The position numbers and the translations under genes are program-made. Shown here one piece after another: positions 11,651-25,190 of a DNA stretch of 64,000 nucleotides (the first letter of the stretch is position 1; each line of letters begins with the position of its first letter). The notes under the pieces are model-generated. The model worked only from the letters and a program-made list of their open reading frames with translations, made no database searches and was not told the origin of the DNA. The DNA comes from Octopus sinensis (Eukaryota), in NCBI RefSeq assembly GCF_006345805.1, contig NC_043017.1, positions 5,208,001 to 5,272,000 of the forward strand, in the 5' to 3' direction.

Positions 11651-12756
11651 ATGTATGTATGTATGTATATATATGTGTGTGTACATATGTCTTTGAATCT
11701 TTGTTTTCCTTTGTTTGAGTTTTGCTTCCACCGCTTGGTCTTAAAAGAAAAGAAAATAAACAAACAAAATGAACCCTTGCTCTAGGTGCTGTGCAGTGTG
11801 ATTGATCCCAGAACCACATGGTTGCAAAGCAAGCTTCTTAACCAACAGCCGTACTTGTACTTAATTACTGTAAATAATATTCAGCTTAGGGTGAGACCTT
11901 AAATCATATTTGAAATACTTAGGGTCTTTGGGGGTTTTTCGTTTTTTTTTTCTGTTTTGATAAAAGAATAGGTAAAGGGAGACAGAGACTTTACATCAAA
12001 AAACGGGGTTAAAATCTAATATGGATAGGGATCAAGTTTAATGGGGAGACGTAGCTAATTTAAGCAGTAGATCAGGGAACTGATTTAACGGGAATAGGGA
12101 GTTGATTTAGAGGGGATAGGGAGATTTTCCTATTTCATAAGGCACTTCAGGGTTTTTCTTAAATGGAAACAGAATGCTAAATAAAACGTTAAGGGACAGA
12201 TCAAATTCAACAACTTGTTTTTCGGGATTCCATTATATAAAAGGGGGCTGACGTTAGACGTTTAGGGAGAGGTGGGGCTCAGGGTGGAGTAAATGGGTGG
12301 GGATATGGTCTGGCGGGAAAAGAAGTGGAATAAAAATAGTTTAGTCGGTAAATATTGTAAGTAGAATGATTCTAGTTCCAGCTGTCGGTAGCAACACATG
12401 GTCAGTATTTATGGAAGTCTCATTACATTTCCTCAGAGAATGTCTCTTTACCAAAATACATAACAGATGTCTTTGATTTCTTCTATCATTCTGCTGGAAT
12501 ACAATAACCATTCTCTCTCTCTCTCTCTCTCTCCCTCCCTCCCTCTCTCTCTCTCACTCTCTCTCTCTACTTATATAACAAGTTATATGATTTTTATAGT
12601 TAAGTTGGCCCTGGAGAGACGTGTACGGTTCCCTGTTTGTTGTGTGTGTGTGTACATGTATGCATATGTGAGCATAAGTTAGTTTGAATGGATAATTGTA
12701 TGTGTTTATAATGTGTGTGTAAATATATGGATAGATGGGTAATTGTGTGTACAATA

Positions 12757-12776
12757 TATATATATATATATATATA

Positions 12777-12845
<69 letters not shown>

Positions 12846-12942
12846 ATTTATATATATTTGTATTTATATATATTTGTATTATATATATATTTGTATATAT
12901 ATATATTATATATATATATATTTGTATATATATATATGTATT

Positions 12943-12978
<36 letters not shown>
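12757..12978. repeat. Long interrupted (TA)n microsatellite
   Basis: Seen directly. Confidence 0.95.
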
Positions 12979-12980
<2 letters not shown>

Positions 12981-13031
12981 GAGAGAGAGACATATGGAAG
13001 TGTAATTGTGGGTATACGTGTGTGTGTTATA

Positions 13032-13065
<34 letters not shown>

Positions 13066-13741
13066 AGATGGATGAGTAATTATCAGTAAATATATTGTTT
13101 GTGCATGTGTGTTTGTGTGTGAATATAATTGAGCGTGAAAGGGTAACTGTATCTTTATGTATCTACATGTGGTGTATACATGTTGTATACATACATGTAT
13201 TGTGTCATATGTTCACCATATATACACAAGTAACACAAAAACAATTGGTTTGATATCCACCTCACCCTGCACTCCTTACATGTTCTAGTCCCAGGAGGGG
13301 GTGAAGAATGGAATGGAATGTCTGCTAGATGGCAATGAGAACCAGCTTGGGATCTTGTCGCAATCGGAACCCATGGCATTGTTCACATCTTTTATTGTTG
13401 ATCCAACTAAACGAGACCCTGAATGGAGCTTGGTCAGGGAGAGGGAGAGTAATTGGGGGAGAAAGAGAAAGGAGAGAGAAAGAAAGAGAGAGAGAGAGAA
13501 AGGAAGAGAGAGAAACTGAGAGACAGGAAGAAAGAGAAAGGGGAGAGAGAAAGAAAGAAAAACAGAGACAGAAAAGAAAAGAGAAAATGGGGAGAGAGAG
13601 AGAGAGAAAGGGAGAGAGAGGAAGAAAGAGAGGGGAGAGTAATTGGGTAATAAAGAGAAAGGAGAGAGAAAGAAAGATAAGCAGAGAGAGAAGAAGAGAG
13701 AGAAAAAGAGAGCGAGAAAGACAGACAGAAAGGGAGATACA

Positions 13742-14020
13742 GTACTGGTGCCATCTAAAAAGCATCCAGTCCACACTGTAAAGTGGTTGGCATTTGGAAG
13801 GGCATCCAGCTGTAAAAATCATACCAAAACTAACCTTGCCTTTGCTAGTGCCACTTAAAAAGCACTCTGTGGAGTGTTTGATGTTAGGAAGGGCATCCAA
13901 CCATAAAAACCCTGCCATAACAGGCACAGTAGCCTGGGGTAGTCTTTTACCTGGCCAGTTCCTATCAACTGCCCTACCTAAGCATGCATGGAAGACAACA
14001 GATATTGAATGATGATGATG
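13742..14020 (+). mobile_element. SINE family D (V-domain-like), with an internally duplicated module
   Basis: GGTTGGCATTTGGAAGGGCATCCAGCTGTAAAA, a variant of the same motif again downstream, and a (GAT)n tail. AGGAAGGGCATCC resembles the V-SINE domain (recollection). Confidence 0.75.
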
Positions 14021-14057
14021 ATATATATATATATGTACCTATGTGTGTGTGTATATA

Positions 14058-14434
14058 CACTTGCGTCAGAAATTAATTAGCACTTCTCAAATTTCTACAT
14101 TAAATAGGTTAAATCAATTAACCTATGAGCTGTTCAAAACGTCTTACGCGATGAGAAAACTTAGTATGGTGTGATTTCGGTCCTTGCGAGGCGCTACCTA
14201 TATCTATTAAACAAAGGAAGATTTGTCTGCATCCGCACTCCAAGTTGTTGTTGCACTGCTATGTCAACATCATAAGGCTGTAGACTCTCAAACTGCTCTG
14301 CAAACAAAGTTACGTCATCGTTCTGCGCAACAGTGAACTCGCAACAAAGCAATAGTTTGAGATATGGCCACTAGGTGACAGAACATACCTTGAGTGAAGA
14401 GCAAATCAAGGGTGCTAATTAATTTCTGATGGTA

Positions 14435-14437
<3 letters not shown>
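14058..14437. mobile_element. Tc1/mariner-type MITE, 380 bp
   Basis: 26-bp TIRs CACTTGCGTCAGAAATTAATTAGCAC (14058-14083) and GTGCTAATTAATTTCTGATGGTAGTG (14412-14437) with 3 mismatches. TA on the left, TG(TA) on the right. Confidence 0.85.
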
Positions 14438-14490
<53 letters not shown>

Positions 14491-15011
14491 GTATATAGTA
14501 TTTAATGTACACAGTACAAAGACACGAGCTACTAATAGTCTTTTGCTTTGAAGACATGTGTTTAGGTAGGGCTTTATATTGTGTATTTTAAATGCTAATT
14601 ATCTCTCACTGAATAGAGTACATTTTTGGTTTATTTTACTTTGACAGAACAGTAAACTCCGTCTCTTTCCCCTACTATCTCTCCCTCTCTATATCTATCT
14701 ATCTAGTTATCTGTCTATGTATATATATGTACACACAAACATCCACATGCATACGTGTGTGTATACATACATATACACAAACATCCACATACATATGTGC
14801 CCTGTTGTATATATATATGTATGTGTGTGTGTGTTCATCATACACAGGCCATTTGACAACCGGTGCTGGTTTGTTTAAGTCCCCTGTATCACAGCAAGCT
14901 TTAAAAAAATAAAATACTGAGTTTGATTTTTTTGTTTCTTGCCAAAAACTCTCCAAGGCAGTGCTCCAGTATGGCCACAGTCTAATGACTGAAACAAGTA
15001 AAAGACAAAAG

Positions 15012-15067
<56 letters not shown>

Positions 15068-15350
15068 TATGTCCGTATCTACATATATACAATATCTGTT
15101 CATCACTTCAAACACTCTATACATACACACACGCACACACATAAGCACATACACACAGGCGCGCACACACAACACACACACACACACTCAGGAACAAGTG
15201 TGTTGGAGCGTGGTAGGTAAGAACAGCTGAATAAGGTCAATGAAGTCACTGATGTGTAACCTGACAATCATTAGTCATTCCAGGATTAGAACCTATTTCC
15301 TCTCTTTAAGGACACATTCACTTGTATAACAAACAAGAGCATTACTTATA

Positions 15351-15405
<55 letters not shown>

Positions 15406-16143
15406 TTGGGTGTGTGGTTCTGCTATGGAAATGAAATGTTGTTAAAAACATCCTGTCTGTATGCTTGTGGTTGTTGTCGTTGTAGGTTAGATAGTGGTGG
15501 TGGTGGTGGTCTTGGTTGGAGAAGTCTTCAGTTCTAGGAAACACCATTATCTTGTGCTTCGTGAGTTTCCACAGCTAAGGCATGCAACCCACGCTCACAC
15601 ACTCACAAACACGCCAACGCACTGACACAAACAGCACATACACACCAACACACTATCTCACACACACACACCGGGACACATACGCACACACATTCATACA
15701 CACTCATACTCTCTCTCTCTCCCTCTCTCTCCCTCTTTCATTTCCTTTCATATTAAAAACAACTAAGTTTCGAAGTATTATTATTTTCAAGAAAAAGGAT
15801 TACATTTTCATCTTCATCCACTCCATATGTATCCCCCCCACACACACACTGGCGCTCCGTCGGTTCCAACAAGAAGTCTTCCAGTTGATCCAACACTTAC
15901 CCCAGGTGCTACGCAGTGGGATTGAAACCGAAACCATATGGTTTGCAAAGCAAGCTTCTTAACCACACAGCTATGCCTGCACACCATGTCACACCTATCC
16001 ACGAGTACCCCAAAACATCAAACAGTCCAGTACCCCAAATATTATAAGGCATCATCAGAGCAATACTCTTCAAGCTGGTGCCCAAGCATGGCCACAGTCT
16101 ATTGACTGAAACATAAAAGATTAATATAACAGCTATGTATTAA

Positions 16144-16873
16144 CTCTTTTGATGCCAACCCCGCTGAAACCGGCTCTGGCTCTGTAGTACAAGTGTCTTG
16201 TTTTCAAAAGTTCTGAATTAAAATCTTCCACCAAACCTTAGTCACAATTTATGTTCCTAACACTAGCTTAATGATAACTAAGTTATTTTACTAAATTCTT
16301 TGTTATATTTAAAATCAATTGAAAGAAACACAGAGCATCTCACCAGAAATATGGTAACAAAAGGGTTAAAAAATATATAATAGAGAAACAATTCTTAACC
16401 CTTTTGATACCAACCCAGTTGAAACCACCTCTGGCTCTGTAGTACGAATGTCTTGTTTTCATAAGTTTTTAATCAAAATCTTCCACCAATCTTTAGTCAC
16501 AATTTATGTTCCTAATGCTAGCTGAATGATAACTAAGTTATTTTACTAAATTCTTTGTTTTATTTAAAATTAATTGAAAGAAACACAGAGCATCTCAACA
16601 GAAATATGGTAATGAATGGGTTAAAATATATAATAGAGAAACAATTCTTAACCCTTTTGATACCAACCCAGCTGAAACTGGCTCTGGTTTTTTAATATAA
16701 ATGTCTTGTTTTCATAAGTTTTGAATTAAAATCTTCCACCAAACCTTAGTCACAATTTATGCTCCTAACACTAATTGAATGATAACTAAGTGATTTTACT
16801 AAATTCTTCGTTATATTTAAAATTAATTGAAAGAAACAGAGAAAATCTCAAAATAAATACAGTAACAAAAGGG
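16144..16873. mobile_element. Three tandem 222-bp piggyBac-type MITEs
   Basis: Units 16144-16365, 16399-16620 and 16652-16873. Each is TTAA-flanked with CCCTTTTG(A)TACC...GGTAACAAAAGGG-type TIRs, and they are joined by an essentially identical spacer containing AATATATAATAGAGAAACAATTC. Confidence 0.9.
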
Positions 16874-16943
16874 TTAAAGCAGTAATTATCAAATTCCATA
16901 TTATGCCCTTTATTGTGTTATTCGAGTGATTCCCCCAGTTCTT

Positions 16944-17003
16944 AGGAAAAACATCGTTTTGCATGGAACTGGTCCGTGGTGCAAAAAGGTCTAGGGACCA
17001 CTG
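16944..17003 (-). mobile_element. Single hAT (Charlie/MER1-like) terminus
   Basis: Minus strand reads CAGTGGTCCCTAGACCTTTTTGCACCACGGACCAGTTCCATGCAAAACGATGTTTTTCC, which resembles hAT-Charlie MITE ends. No partner end found. Confidence 0.45.
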
Positions 17004-18659
17004 CTCAATGTAATACAAGACACCAAACATCCAATACTCTAACCATTCCTGCCTATTCACAGATTCTTCTCCTCTCAGACAGAACAATAACGTTAAAGAA
17101 TATTGGCAGCTGCCTCCACTGTTTCTGGTTTCTCTTCTGGAACTTTTATGTATTCTTCTGCTCTTGAATCTCTGTTCTTTTATAGATTCTTGTATTCTAT
17201 GCTTCTGTATCTTTATATTTATTCTTCTATTTCATGTTAGTGTTCTTCTCTATACTCTCTCTCTCTTTCTCTCTCTGTTCATTGTGTGTGTGTATGTATG
17301 TGTGTTTCTTTTCCTGTTTTTCTCTGTATATTCTTTTGTCATTCCCTACACCAAATTTGTTTATTATATTCGATATGTGTGTGTGTGTGTATGTGTGTTG
17401 TGTGTGTGTATTGTGCGTGTGTATATATATATATATATAAACGTATACACACATACACACATATATATTTGTATGTGTGTGTGTGTATATATATTTATAT
17501 ATATTTATATATGTACGTATGCGCACATGTATATATATATTTATTTATATATGTACATATGCGCACATATTTGTATGTATATATATATATATATGTGTGT
17601 GTATATATATGTTTGTATGTATATATGTGTGTATGTATATATACATAAGACACATACATACATACATCACACATTGTGTGGACATTTCTATTTTATTCGT
17701 CATACAATAACCTTTAAAACCTTTGTGAGTGTGTGCATGCATGCGTCTATGTGCCTGAGTATATGTAAAAATAAAAGCCTTGTTAACACGTGTGTGTTTG
17801 TGTGCATTCTGTATGCGTACGATTTATTATTGTTTTCATATTTACTGTTGTTGTTGTTGTTGTTGCCAGATTAATCTTAACTTTGTTGTTGTTAACGTTG
17901 TAACAGTGCAGTGTTGTGAACAAGTTCAATATTACAACAACACTTTAAACATTCATTAAATTGTCCAGTCTTAATTATCTTGTCAAAATACATTATTTAT
18001 TGTGTACTGTTCTTCATTATTAGAATTTTTGTTTATTTTTTTAAAAATTTATTTATTCATTTGAAATTTCACTAAAAAAACTTTAAAATTCTTCAGGGAT
18101 TTTTTTTTATTGTGATATTTTTTTAATACACTCTGGTTCTTATTTCAATCATTGTCTGTTGTATTTCATCTCTCTTCCTCTCATTCCTTCTTTCTTTCTT
18201 TCTTTCTTTCTTTCTCTCTCTCCTCTCTCCTCTCTCTCTCTCTCTCTCTTGAGACAATACTTGTTAAACTATATAATTTACTGTCTCACTTGTTTTTCCA
18301 AAACATACACATTTGACAAAAATTAGTTTCGTCGAGAAAGTTGGATATTTATTAAAAAAATAAAATTAAGAGAAAAAAAACGTAAAAAAAAAATGGTGGT
18401 GATGGTGGTCTATGGAAGGAAAAAAAATGAAGCATAAAATTTAAAAAAATAAAAGAAAAATAGTGAAAATGGGAAGGGTTGGGTAGGTGTTTAGATCCTA
18501 GTTTATTATTCCCCAGAGTGGCACTTTGATAGTAATACTAACTTAAATATTGAACAGTTGAATGCAAATCAAATAGTTCGAAAGAACTCTTAATCTTTTT
18601 GCAATGAAAACTAATGTGCATACCTCTCCCCCCCACCCATCACCACCTTGATATTTTTG

Positions 18660-18721
<62 letters not shown>

Positions 18722-18723
<2 letters not shown>

Positions 18724-18932
18724 GGTAGCGAGCTGGCAGAATCTTTAGAATGCTGGGCGAAATGCTTAGAGGTATTTTGTCTGCCGTTACGTTCTGAGTT
18801 CAAATTCTGCCAAGGTCGACTTTGCCTTTCATCCTTTTGGGGTTAATAAATTAAGTACCAGTTATGCATTGGGGTTGTAATCGAATTAACTGCCCCACCA
18901 CCAAATTCCAAGCCTTGTGCCTATAGTAGAAA
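18722..18932 (+). mobile_element. SINE family C next to (TTA)n
   Basis: Match to family C head and body. Confidence 0.85.
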
Positions 18933-18934
18933 AC

Positions 18935-19178
18935 ACAGACACACAAACATATACACTCACATACATATATACGAGGGGCTTCTTTCAGTTTCTGTCTACC
19001 AAATCCACTCACAAGGCTTTGGTCAGCCCGAGGCTATAGTAGAAGACACTTGCCCAAGGTGCCACACAGTGGGACTGTCTTGCTCAAGAACACAACACGC
19101 AGCCTGGTCCGGGATTCGAACTCACAACCTCACGATTGTAATCTCAACGCTATAACCACTGAGCCATGCGTCTTCCTT
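18935..19178 (-). mobile_element. Chimeric SINE remnant: family E/F tRNA head joined to a family A body
   Basis: 19077-19178 is an E/F-type head (GGCTCAGTGGTTATAG...GAGTTCGAATCCCGG). It switches to family A sequence inside the shared CORE-like block. Confidence 0.65.
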
Positions 19179-19624
19179 CACTAGTTGTCTTATTATAGAG
19201 GAGATAATAATTATATTTCTATTATGGCATCACAGTCAATGGAAGAAATATGCTGTCACAGGAACTGCAACTAAGCGTATTTACGGTGTGGACCAAAATA
19301 TGATTCTAGCACCACCCAGTTATTTTTGTTTAATACACATTTCCTCAATTGAGATTTTGTTTCAAATTGCATGTTTTTTTTTTAATGGTTTTTAATTGCA
19401 CAAGTTTGTGTGTGTATAATGCTTTGAAGTTTGGGGCCTTGGGTCCCTGATATCAAATAACAATATCAGTAACACAGAAGGCAGTGTGTCAATCTCATTA
19501 TCAATTTATAAAAGCTGGGAAATCTGAATGTCGTGGGTTCATTCATTACTCGGGCCACATATATTCAGTGGCAGTGCCCCAGCTTAGCCACAGATCTCTC
19601 GCTTAAACTGATAATAGAATAACA

Positions 19625-19859
19625 TATATTTCTTTACTACCCACAAGGGGCTAAACACAGAGGGGACAAACAAGGACAGACAAACGGATTAAGTCGATTA
19701 TATCGACCCCGGTGCGTAACTGGTACTTATTTAATCGACCCCGAAAGGATGAAAGGCAAAGTCGACCTCGGCGGAATTTGAACTCAGAACGTAGCGGCAG
19801 ACGAAATACCGCTAGGCATTTCGCCCAGCGTGCTAACATTTCTGCCAGCTCGCCGTCTT
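19625..19859 (-). mobile_element. Young, CpG-intact SINE family C with TSD
   Basis: 13-bp TSD TAATAGAATAACA at 19612-19624 and 19860-19872. CpGs are retained throughout. Confidence 0.92.
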
Positions 19860-20027
19860 TAATAGAATAACAGAATAGAATAACGAAGTGGTGAGAAAGG
19901 ATCTTCGGATGCTGGGCCTCACTGAGGAAATGACGAGGGCCCGGGAGATGTAGTGCTTTGCTGAACTTGATAAGATGTATCATGCTAAATAAAGTCACTG
20001 TCTTCCATACATAGAATCTTGTCCTTT

Positions 20028-20290
20028 CAGGTGCCGGTGCCACTTCAAAAGCACCCATGTTGGTGCTGCATTAATGCTACATAAACACACCTGTGCTAGT
20101 GGCATGTAATAAACACCCAGCACACTGTTAAATGGTTGGCATCAGGAAGAGCATCCAGCTGTAAAAACCATGCCTCAAGAGACAGCTAGAGTGTGGACAG
20201 CTCCTTGCTAACCAGCTCCATGTCAGACCATCCACCCATGTCCACATGGAAAGAGGACACTAAACGATGAAGATGATGATGATGATGATG
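20028..20290 (+). mobile_element. SINE family D
   Basis: GGTTGGCATCAGGAAGAGCATCCAGCTGTAAAA...GGACACTAAACGATGAAGATGATGATG tail. Confidence 0.8.
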
Positions 20291-20574
20291 TGTAAAAGAT
20301 CATAAAAAAGACATCTTCAAAACTTGTTTATTACAATCTTATTCACATTGCATTTCAGTCCAAAATATGTTTCCGCTGCATAAGTGTCCTAATGTCCCTC
20401 AATGTGTGTGTGTGTGTGTGTGTGTTTATTAGTAACAGAAGTTGTATAGGTTCAGAATAGCATTATGTGTATTTGACTTAATGTGGATATACTATAGAAA
20501 GTCACAAAACTGTGGTATTCATCTTGAGACCTATAGTGTTAAAAAGCCCTGAAGGATATATATTTGTATGTGTG

Positions 20575-20790
20575 TGTATGTTTGTGTGTCTATGTTTGTC
20601 CCCACAACATCGCTTGACAACTGATGCTGGTGTGTTTACGTCCATAACTTAGCGGTTTGGCAAAAAAGACCGATAGAATAAGTACTCGGCTTACAAAGAA
20701 TAAATCCTGGGGTTGATTTGCTCGACTAAAGGCTGTGCTCCAGCATGGCCACAGTCAAATGACTGAAACAAGTACAAGAGTAAAAGAGTA
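20575..20790 (+). mobile_element. SINE family A 3' half
   Basis: Match to the family A 3' half. Confidence 0.85.
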
Positions 20791-21289
20791 AAGGCAGTAA
20801 AGAATTTGTGAAAGAGATTTGTCTATAGGTTGATAAACTATATAAAAACTCCCACTTCTCTGACTTCCTAACTCCCTAATTAGCCCAGACCCTTCCACAC
20901 GTCACTACACACCCTTATATGGACCTTAATACAGGATACTCAATTCACAATGACCCTCTAAGCACCAGTAATTCTTTCCTGGTGACGCTTGATTATCACG
21001 ATGAATACAATGTTACACACCACAGAACACTTTTGTCTCTTTGTGTGTGTGTGTGCATGAGTTTGTATGAATGTTGTGCTTGTGTGCATAAGAGCATGTA
21101 GTTATCTGTGTGTGCATACATTTGTGTGTGTGTGTGTGTATTTGTGCATGTATCTGCGTGTGAAACCTAAATCATCGTCAGAACAGATTCGAAGCAAAAA
21201 CAATAGCAGGGAAGATTGTTTTTGTTTTTGCAATATATTTTCTGTTTTATTAACATGGACGTATATCTATAAACTCTTTCACACACACA

Positions 21290-21359
21290 CACACATGGAT
21301 AGATGGCTGGATGGACAGAAAGAAGGACGGACAGATAGATAGGTAAATAGATGGATAGG

Positions 21360-21399
<40 letters not shown>

Positions 21400-21575
21400 C
21401 AGGTAATCAGATAGATTGATAGATAGATAGATAGATAGATAGATACATACATACATAACATACATTACATACATACATAGGTAAATAGACAGATAGATGG
21501 ATGGATAGATAGATATATAGTGTATATATATTATATATACATATAGATAGATAGATAGATAGATAGATGGACAGA
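21290..21575. repeat. (GATA)n/(CATA)n tetranucleotide microsatellites
   Basis: Seen directly. Confidence 0.95.
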
Positions 21576-21922
21576 TAGGTAGTTACACATACATTCACAT
21601 GTACACACGTAAACAGGTAAAGCATACAAAGGCACACAAAAATTACACACAACAGCAGACACACATACATGTGTAGACAAACATATAAATATGTCTATAA
21701 ACACACACATACACACACACACGTATATAAACATACACTTAGACAGGCACGCATTGGACACACGGCAATAGACACGTGCATCTATTAGACAAACATATAA
21801 ACACTTACATAAACAAACACACAGACATTAAACAAACCCCACCACACACATACACACATGTATATAAACATATACTTTTAAAGGGGGGCACCTGCAGACA
21901 GACAGACAGACAGACATTGGTA

Positions 21923-21954
<32 letters not shown>

Positions 21955-22582
21955 TGTCAATATTTTCTCAGCATACAAAACAATAAGTATGAGTAAGTTT
22001 TCATATTTTTCATACACACTCTTAACAAAAGGGGAGGGTTCATATATGTATATATATATATACATACATATATACATACACACACTCACACACATACTCT
22101 TTATGTTAAACATGCCGTCAGTTTAGGAAAAGCAAACAAAAACCCCGCCACTAATTCGTATTCATATTTATTTTATAATTAAACATCATTATATATTATA
22201 TACATATATATATTTATGTTTATTTTATTGAATGGAGTATTTATATTATGTTTTTGTATTGAAAACAATAAGTCAGCATTTTGGAAAGTGAACCAATTTC
22301 AAGCCTCTAGTAATGGTGGCGGCAGCAGCGTCTGCAATGGTTCTTTAGCTCTACTACAGCTACTGCTTCTCTTTTACTGTCACTGGTTCCATCTAACCAT
22401 TTGCCTGTCCAAAATATTTTTACAAGTTTCTTCTAAACATCCATTATCGTTTTTCTGATTTTTCCTTAACATTGGTTCCATATGTTCTGAGTGATAAAAC
22501 GCTTTCCTTTTCTCAAGTCCAAAGTGCGCTTTGGTGTTTGAAAAACTATTATGAATGTGTATCATATACTCTTTTACTCTCT

Positions 22583-22953
22583 CTCTTTTACTTGTTGCAG
22601 TCATTTGACTGCGGCCATGCTGGAGCACCGCCTTTAGTCGAGCAAATCGACCCCGGGACTTATTCTATCGGTCTTTTTTGCCGAACCACTAAGTGACGGG
22701 GACGTAAACACACCAGCATCGGTTGTCAAGCAATGCTAGGGGGACAAACACAGACACACAAACACACACACACACATATATATATATATACATATATACG
22801 ACAGGCTTCTTTCAGTTTCCGTCTACCAAATCCACTCACAAGGCTTTGGTCGGCCGAGGCTATAGCACTTGCCCAAGATGCCACGCAGTGGGACTGAACC
22901 CGAAACCATGTGGTTGGTCAACAAGCTACTTACCACACAGCCACTCCTGCGCC
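22583..22953 (-). mobile_element. SINE family A, full length
   Basis: Full-length match, CpG-rich. Confidence 0.9.
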
Positions 22954-23214
22954 TATGAATGTGTATCATATATATAATATTATGCGTGGATGCCAGGGAA
23001 CTATGTCCTGTGATACACAGGACAGGCAGAATTTGTCCTGAATGTCCATGCTTGTTTCCAGACTTTTAATTAGACTTGGTTTCATTCATTCTGAATAATA
23101 TAAAGCTTTCTTTTCATAAATCCCAGGCTGCTCCGATGGTTGAAAGAAATTGGGAAAGTGTATCAGATACGATACATGAACGCCATGGAATTATGTTCCA
23201 TGTATTACATGTGA

Positions 23215-23705
23215 AGGCGGATGGTTCAGTGGTTAGAGAATTGGCCTTACAGTCACGTGGTAGTGAGTTCGATTCCCGGACCAGACTGTGTGTTGTGTTT
23301 TTCAGCAAGACACTTTATATCACGTTGCTCCAGTTCCACTCAGCTGTAGAAATGAGTTGCGGCATCACTGGTGCCAAGCTGTTTCGGCCCCTTTGCCTTT
23401 CCTTTGGATGACATCATAGCATGGAGAGAGAAGGCTGGTATGCATGGGTGACTGCTGGTTTTCCATAAACAACCTTGACCAGACTTGTGCCTGGGAGGGT
23501 AACTTTCTAGGTGCAATCCCATAATCAGTCATGATCGAAGGAGGTATTTACCTTACGTAAACATTATGGCGTTGAGAGAGGTGGTTGGTATGCATGGGCA
23601 ACTATTGACCTTTTATAAACAGCCTTGCCCAGGCTTGTGCCTTGGAGGCTAACTTTCTAGGTGCAATCCCATGGTTGTTTATGACCAAAGGGGGTCTTTA
23701 CCCTT
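23215..23705 (+). mobile_element. SINE family E with a tandemly duplicated 3' module
   Basis: A-box TGGTTCAGTGG and B-box GAGTTCGATTCCC. An approximately 150-bp 3' module occurs twice (from about 23424 and 23574). Flanked by TATTACATGTGA at 23203-23214 and 23706-23717. Confidence 0.8.
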
Positions 23706-24104
23706 TATTACATGTGATTTGCAGGACAGACAAAATTGAGAATGTGTATCATGTATTGGATGCCAGGGAAATATCTCCTGTGCATTACATGTGATTCCCA
23801 GGAATGGCAAAGGGTTAACTTATGAAAATGCCCAAAGCATTTTCATAAGTTTGTCCGAAATGGCCCTCCTTGTTTTTAGACTTTTAATTAGCCCTCGTTT
23901 CACTCAGTAACATGAAGCTTTCAGTGTCACAGTGTACAGTCTTCCTGGCCAATTACACTTAAATATGCAGTCTACTTGGCTATTTGCACTTTAGTCTGCA
24001 GCCTAACTCTAATCCTAACCTTGAACCCTAAATCTAAATCATGTCTACTTCACTGAACCCCAGATCATATGCTTGCCTTCTCTATGTTGCATCTCAATCT
24101 CCCT

Positions 24105-24395
24105 GCCATGAAAGGTATTTGGCTCACTCACAATCATAAGTTCATGGCTTTGATTCCTGGTGATACATTGTATCCTTGAGCAAGATACTTTATTTCATGT
24201 TGCTCCAGTCCACTCAGCTGGCAAAAGTGAGTTGTACCTGTATTTCAAAAAGGGCCAGCCTTGTCACGGTCTGTGTCGTGCTGAATCTCTCTGAGAACAA
24301 CTATGTTAAGGGTACACATATCTGAGGAGTACTCAGCCACTTGCATGTTAATTTCACAACTGGAACACTCATTATCATAACCGATGGTGAGCCAG
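24105..24395 (+). mobile_element. Degenerate SINE with an E-type head and an F-type 3' half
   Basis: GAGCAAGATACTTTATTTCATGTTGCTCCAGTCCACTCAGCTG is shared with 23215. GTACCTGTATTTCAAA..GGCCAGCCTTGTCAC...GTTAAGGGTACAC is shared with 37973-38355. Confidence 0.7.
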
Positions 24396-24738
24396 GCCTA
24401 TCCGGATTAAAAATAAGGTCTTTTCTCCTCTCCCACCCCAGTTTCTCCTATCTGGTATAACTATAAGGGCTCTTCCACATCACATGCCAATCTCCCCACC
24501 ACGACCACCACCACTCACCTGATAAAGTCACTTGGTACAAAATAGTTTTAAAATTGTACCAAAGTCACTGACTCCCATCTGCTCCACCCTCCCACCTGCC
24601 TCACTGTGCAAAGTTTTTATCTTTTATTTTTTTACCATTTTCTTTTCTTTTTTTTTTATGTAATTCATCTCCCGTCCCCTTTTTCTACAGAATTCCCTGG
24701 TTTGGTCACCAGAGAATATGATTGCTTCAACCACCACC

Positions 24739-25072
24739 ACCACCACACCACCACCACCACCACCACCACCACCACCACACCACCACCACCACCACCACCA
24801 CACCACCACCATCATCACAACCACCACCACCACCACCATCATCACAGACACAACCAGCAGAAATAACATTTCCTGTGTTCCTAATAAATTCTTGTCATTT
24901 ACTCTCTCTCTTTCTCTCTCTCTCTTTCCCTTTCTCTCTCTCTCTTTCTCTCTCTCTGTCTCTCTCACACACACACACACACATTTGCTTTCTCTTTCTC
25001 TCACTCTCTCTATCTCTATCTCTCTCTTTCTATCTCTCTCTCTCTCTTTCACACACACATTTGCTTTCTCTT

Positions 25073-25121
<49 letters not shown>

Positions 25122-25190
25122 ACACACACACACATTTGCTTTCTCTTTCTCCCACTCTCTCTATCTCTATCTCTATCTCTACTTATCCCT
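24739..25190. repeat. (CCA)n followed by (CT)n/(CA)n microsatellites
   Basis: Seen directly; source of the poly-H/T/P and poly-SL ORFs. Confidence 0.95.

Noticed and set aside
12225-12260. TATATAAAAG plus TGACGT as a promoter
   Set aside because: TATA-like strings are ubiquitous in this AT-rich DNA, and there is no downstream exon evidence.
24525-24573. TTGGTACAA/TTGTACCAA hairpin as a miRNA
   Set aside because: The stem is only 9-10 bp, and the flanks are direct rather than inverted repeats.
24691-24866. His/Thr/Pro-rich terminal exon after a good acceptor at 24690
   Set aside because: Beyond about 14 codons it is pure (CCA)n microsatellite; there is no recognisable domain and no upstream partner exon.
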